Part shown: positions 9,868 through 20,896 of the stretch, one piece after another
How the letters are laid out: each line of letters starts with the position of its first letter
How positions within the stretch are numbered: the stretch's first letter is position 1
NCBI GenBank assembly: GCA_051294905.1
Contig: CM119378.1
Span: 5,952,001 to 6,016,000, forward strand
Origin: Botryllus schlosseri
Lineage: Eukaryota
Length of the DNA: 64,000 bases
Direction: 5' to 3'
Notes under the pieces: generated by a model
What the model was told of the DNA's origin: nothing
Databases searched by the model: none
What the model saw: only the letters and a program-made list of their open reading frames with translations
Position numbers and translations under genes: made by a program

Positions 9868-12800
9868 TCATGGAGCAACGAAATGTTTCGGTAAGACTGC
9901 ACGCCTTGTGAAAAAACTGTTGACTGCTTCCGGATATCTAGTCTTCGGTCGATTTGGTACTTTTTCCTCCGGAGGTTTGAATTTCAAAATTTTAATCCTT
10001 TCCGATCTTGGTAACTTCATAAGCTGCAATACGATGGTCATCTTTCAGGCGTTGACCGTTTCGAGCATTTGCCGGATACGAACTTACCTCTATCATTTCT
10101 CGTTTCTTTCGCTCCCTCACCATGGACACTGTGGAGATGCTTGCAATTAAAGGCGGTAGCGTTGACGATGTGTATAGGATCAGCGCGACGAGGCCAATTG
10201 ATTCCATAACACCTGTTACATGGAATCAATTGCGTGTCTCTGCTTAAAATGCTATTATGACTGGATGGCTGTACCTATCACCGCAAGAAGGATGGCCAGT
10301 CCGAGATAGTCGAACCTGTCAACGCTCTGAAAATGTGGCGTAGGTGGCGGCAGTGTGGGATAGGTTCCTGGAAGTGTATAGGGTTACCAGAGAAGTCAGA
10401 CATTTGGCATTTCGAACATTGAGAACAGAGTTGGACAACCATAGATAATATTTTGCTTTTAAAATTAGATTATAACTAAAACTACAGCTACACAGTTTCT
10501 TTCTTTAAATTAGATCATAATTAGGATTATTTAATTCGGAAATTGAATGAAGCTCAGTTCATATCAAACCCGAGTTCATGGTCAGAAGCGCGAGAATGAC
10601 AAATGTTTGCACAGCAAGCTTGTCTCGTTTCGCACTATACAGCTCTCCTGTAGCATTTTCTCGAAAACCACACGTTAGATTACAATTAATATTAGAGAAT
10701 CGAAATAATTCACAAATTAATTAGATTAGAATTAGAATTAGACCAAAGAAACATTTCACAAATCAGATTAGTATTAGATTACCGGTATTTACTCTAATTA
10801 TAGACGAACAGAATTATCTAGTTGTCCAACGCCACTACGAGGTGACGATGGGTTGGGGGTTATGTTACGATCAACCAGACCTGCAATCCGAGACTGCACT
10901 ATATCCATCCATGCAACCACATTACACAGTGAATTCTGAAGCTTCTGTGCGAAATGCTAAATGTCCGAAATATGTGTCATTCGAGTTTCATTATAGATTA
11001 CTAACCTACGGATAAATACGCAACTCCCGTTGTAACGCTTCGGCAAGCAGTTACTCCTATTGCTGAGCAATCTAAAAGTAGCGTAATTGGTGGTGTTATA
11101 GCTTGCGACCCGACGGCTGAAATTTAATTAAAGTCGACTTAATCGAGAGCTTCTGTCGCACTAATTCCGAAAATACAAATTAGAATATTGTCAGGGAAAT
11201 GGAACCACCTCAGGACAGCCGCCAAAATTTGAAAAGCGGCATTGTTCCGACCAATCGCTTAACGAAATTGGCTATTGATATGTTCATTGTGTTGCGGCGG
11301 TGCCATTGTTGGAACAAAACCGATTTAAAGACTTTTACGGCTGTTTTGACGTGGTTCCATTTCCCTGACAAGATTTTAATTTGTATTTTCGGAATCAGTG
11401 AGACAGTAGCTGTCGATTAAGACCAGCTTCATTAAATTTCGCCAGCTATGGCACCACCAATTACGCTACTTTTAGATTGCTCAGCAATAAGTGTAACTGC
11501 TTGCCGGAGCGTAATGACGGGAGTTGCGTATCTATCCGTAGGTCAGTAATCTATAGTTTCATTCAGTGGTAATCTTTAGCAGCGCAGCTCATTCATTCGC
11601 ATTTATCTGTCGTACATACCTGTATAAGGGTATTGTCGTTGCGTAGTAGATGACAGTGAATTTGGATCTGTGGTTGTTGAAATTGTAGTTGATTTTACTG
11701 GTATCGTGGTGGTAGTTGTGGATTTTGATGGCGTTGTAGTTGTTTCTACTACTGTGATTCTCCACGCCTTCTGCTCATTGCAAAATAGGATACTTCATTC
11801 TCACTACGTGCTTCCGAATCTTGCGGGTATCATGTTGACTTACTTTCAGGTCCTGCATGATTTGAGCTGCAGAAGCGTGGCGTTGGTATGCGAGTCCGCA
11901 ATCGCTAACTAAATCATCCCTAACTTGTAAATTGACCATGCCAAACCCAATGAATATCGGCACAATATTCCAGTCGCACAGTAACTTGATGAAAGGCTTT
12001 GGATCGTCGACGGAATGCCAGTCCGATAACACGAACACTGCTCGTTTCGGAAACTCCGCCGTCTCGTCAACGACGGAGGATCGAAGATGACTGGAGTCTC
12101 CCATTACACGTCTGTATATATTTGTAAACACATGTTACGTCCGGATTACATTGGATTGAATTTTTCATCCCGCGATGAACTCACAAAAACTGCTTTAATC
12201 TTGTGAAATCTAGCGCCTTTCCCAGGAAAGTCGGCTCCTCCGTCTTCTCTAAATCTGCCGCCGTATCGCGCAGATCCTCCGCTGTTGAAGGTACTTCGAT
12301 ACTTTGGACGACTTCGGCTTCTTCCGCGAATTTCACGATACCAATGTGCGAGGATGCTTTTTCTTTTGCCTTTCTCAATTGACGTTTGTAACGAAACTTT
12401 TTGTCCGCGCTTTTTGTTGATCTGAATTCAACTGTTCTTCACTTAACATATTCAATTAATAACAAGTATATCGACATACTTCGTTTTGCCAACTCTACTC
12501 AAAATTGAATATTCACTTTCTGTCTCTACTCCTTTCTTGGAACTCGTATCATCCAGAAGAAAAAACTTCGATATTTCATAGATCCACGTCGAGATATCCT
12601 CCATGATTATGCTGCCGGATACGTCTACCAGAAATATTACGTGACCATCTATAAAGAGAATGTGTGTTTTGATGTAAGCATTTGCCGTAGATTCTAATGG
12701 CGGGTTTCAACAGTAGTGGGCATACCCCCAACTCACGCACCTACCTTCGATCTGATCGTAATGTGTCAGAGGAGTCCAGGTCGCTAAAAATCCACGCTCA

Positions 12801-15800
12801 TTGTTTCCACCGTCAGTTTCAAGAATTAACATCACGCTTTCCTTCGTGCTGTTTACTGTGAAGGGCTTTTCTTCAGATGCCAAATTCCCGCTGTGAATAT
12901 TTCATAATAATTCAATTCGTTATATGCCTCAGTGTGGCTGTTGAAAACTATTTGAATCATTACTATTTGGGCATGCGTTCTTAACCAGGATCCGGATTCG
13001 ATGTAATAGTATTTACGGTGGTTGGTTTTATTATTAATAATTTAATTAAATAATTCGCCACCGTGAACACTGTTTTTGATGAAATCCAAAATTCTCTAGT
13101 CCATTCACTTTTCTTCTACGGTTTGGAATGAAACCAAATTTGATATGCATCGTTTTTTGAGACAATCTAACAAGTTCATGGGGTAGGGTATTTCTAATTC
13201 TAATAACACAACACGTTCACATTGCCAAATTTATTCCACTCGAAGCCTTTCGACTGACTCTCAACGTATTGTTTGCTGCAATATTGAAGTTCTGTACTTA
13301 AAATAAATTTAAAACTTCATCCTCTAATAAGAATGCTTCTTTCCCGGTTGGAATTGAGCTAGTTTTGATGTGCAGAGTTTATTTTAGCCAAGCTCACGAT
13401 TTTATCAGGTAGCCAGTTGAATAAAAAAGTTATTTTTGAACATCCGTAATGTACAGTACAAGCATATGCGTCACGTTACCCAGACTTATCCATGCATCCT
13501 CAAAGCAGAGGAATTGGTAGGTATTAATCATTTTGCTGCGGCCGCTGCTTGGTGCTATCAATTACAAAATCGGTGTCTACGGCAGTGCCGAGTTGAAACT
13601 AGATCAAGTTGCCCACCTGACGTATCATCGTGAAAGTAAAATAATAAATTCACCTGTATACTCCTAGAACGGGAGTTTTCTCTTTTGTTTCCCCGTCGTA
13701 AATTGTCACTCGATCAAATACGCTTTCCGTTCGGAACATATCAAACCTTTAGACCAAAAGAGCAGAACAACAATTTTTGAAGTCGCCGCAAGATGACGCT
13801 AGGTGATCGCATAGTTTGTTTTGTCTCGCGGTTAATTCTGCCATGTGCAACTTGGGACGCGGGTGTCTTTCGGCTGCGCTCATTGACAAAGTCAATGGGC
13901 TGACAGTGGGGTTGAAATGACTCGAGTCAGATTCGAGTCGCGATTTTTTGGTGACTCGACTTGACTCGAGTCATTTTCTTAAAAATGAAAAATGACTCGA
14001 CTCGACTCTAGTCAATTTGTGCATTGACTCGACTTTTACTCGAGTCATTTCGCATGACTCGGACCAAGTCATATGACTTGAGACTGGGTCTACCAAGACA
14101 GGCGTTTCATTGTAATTTCGAAGAATAGTAAAGGTATCACGCTATTAATATTTCGTCTATCAGTACTGATACTTGAAAATGCTACCAGAAACTGTTAAAA
14201 GGGAGACAAATTAGTATATTATAAATGCGAAGCATTCGATATCACCCAGCCGAGTCGTGAAAAGTGGGTTTGCTATGACATTAAATCGGAACTGAACAGT
14301 AAACACAATGACTTGGACTCGGACTCGAGTCAAAACACTATGAATCGGACTCGACACTCGACTCGGTGACTTGGACTCGGACTTGACTCGGTGATGAATT
14401 GAAAATGACTCGAATTGGCTCGAGTCAAAACTATAAAAGTGAAATTGACTTGTGACTCGGAACCTTGTGACTTGGTTACAACCCTGATTGACAGCTGACA
14501 CTTTTAATCAGATTTTTTAAACCTGTGCGCCACGAGGGTGTTTTAAGGTGGGCCAATGAGCTATTTGGAAATTCATGAAGTTAGTAAAAAGATTGGTTTT
14601 GTTCGTATCTTCATTTCAAAAACTATAATTCATATTTTCAAGTTTGTGTATCAATTGACACAAATCCAAATGATTAGTAGCATGGAAGAAAAAACTTCCC
14701 CCTCAGTAGTATTGATTTCAATAACTGTGTGCGTTATATTATGACGTCATCGAGATATTTCCAGTAGTTAGAGACAAGGAATAGTTTCGAAACGTAAACT
14801 GAACCACGACCATGAGAAGTTTAAGGACCACTGCTTCAGATCCACTTGAGATTCAAAACTGCCAATTATCTCATTCATCCGGTTAATTTCGGGCATATAA
14901 TGGTGGCGCGCGCGTAATGTCTTGGATATTTTTGAATTTTATACCAACCTCAAGGACACAAACTGGCCTCGAGGAACTGTGATCAGCCACGAGCAGTCCT
15001 TCGCGTTTGGATATTTATGCGTGGTGTAATAGTCAGGAGTCCAGATTAGTCTGTGAATAAGATTACGCGTATCTGTACACGACGTTTCGACTTCTCCTTC
15101 TGTAAAATATATCACACCCACAATGATCTCAAAGTCACGGCATCGTCTGGTTAGGATGATATACCGTACCTCCAAACCAAGTCATTGGACTCGAAATAAT
15201 CCCAGTCAGAGTATTCAAGACGTTGCTACTAAGCAACTGTGAATAATTGTCCAACTTGAATCCGTGCTCAGGAATGCTCGACATTTCCTGAGATGCGAAA
15301 CAAAAAAAATCACATTATAGTTACAGTTGTTGGCGCTGGTATTATCCACCTTCGCGAACTGCAAAACTAAAGTTTTGCTCAGCTTCCCATCATCAATCCT
15401 CGGCTCGTCAAACTTGGCGATTCCCTCGAATTTCGGCTGGTTGTCTTTTTTGTCTTTTTCTATCAATTCCTCCAGATGTAAGTTGTAGTCGTTTGGTTTC
15501 TTATGGATTTCGCTGCAATTACATCGACGGTATATGATTATGGTTTCCCGGTATTTGCATCGACCAAATATAGGTATATCTCCTGGGTGGTCTAAGCTAA
15601 ACGAATAATTTATAGTTATGGGATACGGGAATAAACATACCAGCGACCGCTATAGAGATCGTGAAATGAGTGTTCCTGATAATCATCTTATGCATTGACG
15701 GCTGGAGCTATAAGACTTATCAAGAATCGATTATCATCACCGCCTTTGGTTTTATGAGGAACACAGTATATAGCCACAACGTCAAGATAGCGGCATCTTG

Positions 15801-18714
15801 TTCAGTCACATTATCGAGTTTCATCAAACCCTTTTAAGGAAAATATATCAGGATTAATTTCAAGCGATTTTGTAGATAAAGTGTATAGATATCGCTTTCA
15901 TCCTTGTTTCCTGATATCCTCTGACCCCCGCATTTTATCGGTGGTACTTAATGATCCGCCCATGTGCCTATATAATCCGATTGGTAATTATCATTATCAT
16001 GCCATAGTGTTTTAACAACTATCTATATCCCCGAATGTTTAGCTCATACATGCTATGGTCGTAAGATTGTGTATTTGTATCCAAATCGACTTAATTGTAT
16101 TGCGATTCCATTCGGTCCTAGGCATTTCTCAGTATAGCTGTCGGTTCCTAACGGACCATCGCCACCACTCGCCAGTCATGATCACAAATGAAGTCGGCGT
16201 AATTCAAATGGAACACAGCCTATGACTATATCATATTTCCTAATCGCTGTTATTTAGCCCCTTCAATGGTTATCACGAAGATCTTTCTGAGCCTATTGTG
16301 TTACCTAATTTGCGATACATGTAGGGTTTTAGGGTTGTAGCGTGACAGTCGCGGAAAGAGAGAGAGACACTTAATATATCAACGCAAAAATTCAAACATG
16401 ATGGATGGATGATCATCGCGACACATCGCATCAACGTATTCAAAATACGAAGCTATACTGATACGATACACGAATTACAGGATTAAGCATATATCGAGAA
16501 TTAACCTATAAGGAAGATTGATGTAATGTAGCATTTTGGAATCCTCGCGACATAACATCTAAGCAACAAAATCTTTCACAGGGTCTGGTGAATCATGGCC
16601 AGTTTTAGTAAGCCATGGGTCAATCAGTACCCACGACATCAGCATGGTTTAAATGTGATATTGAAAATATGAAACATCCCATTGAACTGAATAATATTTA
16701 CTTTATTTCTTTCTCATATTGATCGTATTCCTCTCTGGAGTAGATTGAGTTGTCGCCAATGTCACTTTCGACGCCGCCGCCCGCAAGATTAAAATCTTTG
16801 TCGATATGAGGCTGTCTGAAAATTGAATATTTCCGCTGCCGTATTCGTAAGGTCGCATTTTACCTACTTCACCTATTCTCGAAAGGGTCTACAATGACCG
16901 TCACGACGTGAAGTCCCAATTTTTGTAACTTGGCGACTTCCAACATCGCCGCGTTTAGAACGTTAAAGCTCATCCGGCGCGTTTGAAAATTCAACAGCAG
17001 GTACAACACAGAAGGCTTGTAAGTCGTCACGTGTTCGTCGGATAGTTGTTGCTCTGGCACAAAAACAGGTTTGCTGAAAGTCGGTATTTTTTAACACTTA
17101 CCCTGTTAGTAGGGCTGGTAAGAATCGAGTACCTATAAGCGATTTCATTTCGAATGAAGGATATGAGGCTTCGAGCCAAGTCGAGTATTCTAAGATGTGG
17201 AATGTTCAAATATGTACCTTTTTATGCTACATCGCGCCAAAGATAATTTGTAATTTTTTCAACCATGCATATACACATTCAAATGTATAGTTAAAAATTC
17301 CAAGCAATTTTCCGCGGTCCGGATTTAGCACGCGGGCCGTAAAATACCCAGGTGTGTCCTCCGCCAATTTGCAAACCTTTGAAGATCCCCTAATTGTCAG
17401 TGAGTCACAAAAACCTACCGCAATACAGATCTAACTACACATTTATTACATTACCGGTACTTACATTGTGCGCCCGGAAACACCGGTCAAGAACAACTGA
17501 TCTGCTTAGTTTTATTTAGTAGGTTGCGGATTTTTAAAGATCGGGTAGTAGTTCTAGTTCTAGTTCTAGTTCTAGTTGCGGTTTTGAAACAGTCAGTAGT
17601 TCTAGTTTTAGTAGCGGATTTTCAAAAGTTGGTAGTTTTAGTTATAGTTGCGAGTTTTCACAGTTGATTAGTTCTAGTTTTAGTAGCGGATTTTTCAAAG
17701 TTGGTACTTCTCGTTCTAGTTGCGAGTTTTAAAAATTGAACAGTTCTAGTTCTAGTAGCGGACTTTTAAAAGTTGGTAGTTCTATAGTTATAGTTGCGAG
17801 TTTAAAAAAATGAATAGTTCTAGTTCTCAGTAGCGGATTTTTAAAAGTTGGCAGTTCTAGTTCTAGTTGCGAGTTTTGAAAAATGAGTAGTTCTAGTTCT
17901 AGTTCTAGTTGCGCTTTTCGAAGATCCAGTAGTTTTGTACAGTACAAGACTGTTCGAGACTCAGTGGGAAATGGCCTTATCGAAAAAACTCTTAGCGGCA
18001 AAGAGCTAATAATTTCAGTACTAGAAAGCATCATCTCTCACAAAACTCGACACACATCATTTAAATTAATACTCGCTTCAGATTCGAGTACTCGTATCAT
18101 TGTGCCCAGAACTACTCGTATGGAGAACTACTTCACCTCGTATGGAGTAAAGCCCGTACTCGACATCGACGGAGTCAGGCGACAGGTCTGAATGGTTTTG
18201 TATGTCATAAAATCTTTTGGTGTCTTCGTCGATAATGACCATGTCGTTGGTGATCATTCCCTCCAGCTGGGATAACCCATCTTGGCAGCAATCTTTGAAT
18301 GTGATCATATGCTGTGTCAGCGCTGAGAAGGCAGTCACGGCGAAACGCGTTCTGTCTCTTGTAGACGCGATCGCTTTGGCAGAACTGGCACATTCCAGTA
18401 TAAATTCTTTTACCATGTCAAAATCGGAGTCCTTTGAAATTAAGGAGGATGATTTTCATTACAACATAGACTAGAAAGGGATTATATTCGCCCGCGACAC
18501 TCACGGACAATCCGGCCTTTTGAATCGCGACAATGATATCCGGATAATCACTAAAGTCATCTGCAAGCTTCGATTCGGTCATCGGGATCGAATCCGCATG
18601 TGTTTTTCGCGCTCTGCCGTGACTCCTCGAAAGTGGTTTCATTGATCGGGTGTCATCGAAGGTTGAAAATAATGCGATAAGAGCGAATGTATGAAATAGA
18701 AATCCGTTCGTCAT
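9868..18714 (-). CDS. Type I membrane protein: signal peptide - degenerate vWA - CUB - vWA (MIDAS) - Thr-rich stalk - TM - cytoplasmic tail (about 851 aa, 15 exons)
   Basis: Exons 18505-18714, 18137-18431, 16873-17053, 15350-15512, 15170-15287, 14949-15099, 13654-13746, 12745-12890, 12480-12648, 12185-12421, 11844-12111, 11620-11770, 10275-10367, 10088-10212, 9868-10023 are all GT-AG and phase-consistent (sum 2556 nt). Motifs: MTNGFLFHTFALIALFS leader; DIIVAIQKAG..DFDMVKEFI..RTRFAVTAFS; CUB C..IWTPDYY..YPNAKDCSWLITVP..RFDMFRTESVFDRVTIYDG..STKESVMLILETDGGNNERGFLATW; vWA VIFLVDVSGS..HIGIVKF..TFLGKAL..AVFVLSDW..IVPIFIGFG; ETTTTPSKSTTTTTIP stalk; TM YLGLAILLAVIGVMESIGLVALILY; basic RERKKR. Confidence 0.9.
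10422..10830. mobile_element. TIR-bounded repeat, copy 2 of the family at 3105-3450
   Basis: Ends GTTGGACAACCATAGATAAT / ATTATCTAGTTGTCCAAC form an imperfect inverted repeat; internal similarity to 3200-3330 in reverse orientation. Confidence 0.55.
10992..11555. mobile_element. Foldback (palindromic) MITE, TA-flanked
   Basis: About 250-bp inverted arms: TATAGATTACTAACCTACGGATAAATACGCAACTCCCG..GTAGCGTAATTGGTGGT..CAGGGAAATGGAACCAC versus its reverse complement ending AGTAATCTATA; short central spacer. Confidence 0.88.
13907..14486. mobile_element. hAT MITE (GACTCGAGTC-array family)
   Basis: Degenerate TIR TGGGGTTGAAA / TTACAACCCTG; imperfect TSD GCTGACAG / ATTGACAG; same internal sequence as 57984-58414. 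Confidence 0.75.
14508..14833. mobile_element. Degenerate Charlie-type hAT MITE
   Basis: Right end GAAGTTTAAGGACCACTG resembles the CAGTGGT TIR class; left end CAGATTTTTTAAACCTGTGCGCC is degenerate; no TSD. Confidence 0.4.
17506..17940. repeat. Tandem array of ~36-bp monomers (two alternating variants) rich in AGTTCT
   Basis: Alternating AGTTCTAGTTTTAGTAGCGGATTTTCAAAAGTTGGT and AGTTTTAGTTATAGTTGCGAGTTTTCACAGTTGATT-like units, about 11 monomers, in intron 2 of the upstream vWA-CUB gene. Confidence 0.85.
17990..18114 (-). mobile_element. Fragment of the hAT MITE family at 60915-61433
   Basis: Minus strand TAGTTCTGGGCACAATGATACGAGTACTCGAATCTGAAGCGAGTATTAATTT matches 60915 TAGGGCTGGCCACAATGATTCGAGTACTCGAATCTGAATCGACTGTTAATTT. 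Confidence 0.7.
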
Positions 18715-19590
18715 CGTAACCGCTCTGTATTAGATGCAGATATATAGAATAAAGATGCGCCAAAATAATCTTCACCATGTGCTTGATGCTGCCTAGCAAC
18801 GTCATTGTGACGTAACAAGTATTTAAGGAGCAACGTGAAGTCTTCTTCTGAGCTGTGTGTGCGCGATGAAAAATGATTCATACATGTGGTTGTTCATGTT
18901 TGGAAACAATCGCATGACTAGAGTGAATTAGGCTATCATAATCATGGCCTAAATTGCAATTGATTACATACCACAAAGCATAATTCATTCTACTGATGTG
19001 CAATTGGTGAAATATAACGTAGGCTGAGATAAAGTGATAGATTATAGTAATTATGTGTATGGTCTCACAGTACAGTAATGCACGTACTGCGCTCACTACT
19101 GTTCCACTGACAAACGAAACGTAGGTACAATAAAACTATTACGAAGTATGGTGCTGACGCTGTACGTTTCATTATCATAGCAAGTCTTGCGTTGGAATGT
19201 TTGTAACCGTCATATTGTGATGAAATGAGATGATAATTCATGAAATGAACCGACAAATCTCGTGTATTGTTATCCAACGCCCTTCAACTCCGATTGCTGT
19301 GAATTTGATCACGATATAGTATTGACAGCAACGATCAAACACTTTGAATAGATAGTGGTTTTGACGGCTCGATAATTTCAATGTGCAGTTCTTACCTAAC
19401 ATGTATTTCATTGCCGTATAGTACGGTATATTTGTTTGTATTATCATGGTTCCATTATTGTGTTCAATCACACCAGCACCACACCTTCATTGTCCCGCAC
19501 GACCGTATTTGATTTCAGGCTTCTCTTAGATACACGTCTTGTGAGGTTTAATTGGCGTAGATAGAACTATACCAACAGTATCCTGTCCAC

Positions 19591-19791
19591 CAATGTTCCC
19601 TCTAATTTTTCAGGAGTCTGCGCGCACCCACCAACTCACTGCAAGGTCCCTTGGACAACGCTACGTAACGACTATAAAAAAAAAGGTCATCACTTCGGTT
19701 TTCTTGTGGGCGGCACAGATTTTTCTGTGCGCGGCTACTTTTTCAGCAGTGCGCGGCCGCGCACGCGCGCCGCTTAGACGGAACATGTCCA
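19591..19791. mobile_element. CAATGTTCCCTCTAA-family hAT MITE
   Basis: Left TIR intact, right end degenerate (GCTTAGACGGAACATG); near-TSD CTGTCCAC / GTGTCCAC. Confidence 0.7.
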
Positions 19792-20896
19792 GTGTCCACC
19801 CTGTCAGAACAGCATCTGTGGTCCATTTGTAATCCCGTTGTCGATCTATAACCACTACGCATGGCCGTAACATTTGTGGTTTGTTTGTCATATCTTTCTG
19901 TATCCATAATTTTAGCAACCATCAATCACTCTGCTTGAAAAATACCTTTCTATCTCTCGTATTGTGTTGCGGTCAACTATAGGCAGTTGATAATCTACCG
20001 TTGCCCATGTTGTATAATATGCTCTGTTACAAGTCTGTGGTCGCACCTTCGCGTCCCCAATGTCAACCCGCCTGGTAGCACAGATATCGATTCCAATGCT
20101 CGGCGATTCGTATAGACTTCGAACTCGAAGGGTTAGCTACCAATATCAGGAAAGGAATGCCACCATTCGTATTTACTTTTGTCATATCACCTAAAGTTTT
20201 TCCAACGGAAATATCGGACCCATTTAGTCATTTTTTTGTATATTTTGATTTATTCGGTATACCAACTAAAATATGCTGAAGATTTGTCGCGATATTCATG
20301 ATAAGTTACAAAACAAGGAGCGTATAAAATAATATGCTTGCTGTATGTATACACGTTGTTTTCTCCAAATCGAAGCTATAATAACAGTGAAATACCGTGA
20401 TCGATACGTCGTTAATATTAATCACCAAAGAGAAACTAATAAAAAAACACCGACAGTTTTTAGAATACAGAATGTCACAAAGTTGAGACGAGGCAACGTT
20501 GCAAGTGAGAGTTGGATGCAGTCCACCTTGATTCAGTGATTTATTGATGATGTTGTCGTCCTCTTCGTACACTATAAATCAATCACTGTAATACAGATAA
20601 ACATAATGTGCAAAATCGCAATCAGTGGTTAATATATTCCCAGTATTGTCGGAATAGTTTCTCGGGTTTCGCAACGAATTGCCTGTTTATTATGAGTGAT
20701 TATAGCGGAATAAATGCCTGATTTACAGAAGGAGACGTCGGCATGCGATAATTCCACACATTTAAGGTTCACACAGTGCGCAATTTGGCTTTATAACCGC
20801 TGGAATGTATGACTAAATGCTTTCGATACGAGCTGCATAAATATTCGTGTCCACGCTACACAGTAATCGTTTCTCTTCGTATGCATTCAACTTCGG

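Noticed and set aside
17133-17189. 57-nt in-frame cassette exon (EYSTWLEASYPSFEMKSLI) in the upstream vWA gene
   Set aside because: Direct splicing 18137>17053 aligns better with the paralogue and the vWA consensus, and the equivalent segment in the paralogue (~5500-5537) has a stop. It could still be a minor alternative exon.
17729-18191. ORFs 17729-18034 (-) and 17883-18191 (+)
   Set aside because: Products of the satellite and MITE sequence (ELEL / SSSS repeats), or antisense to a real exon.
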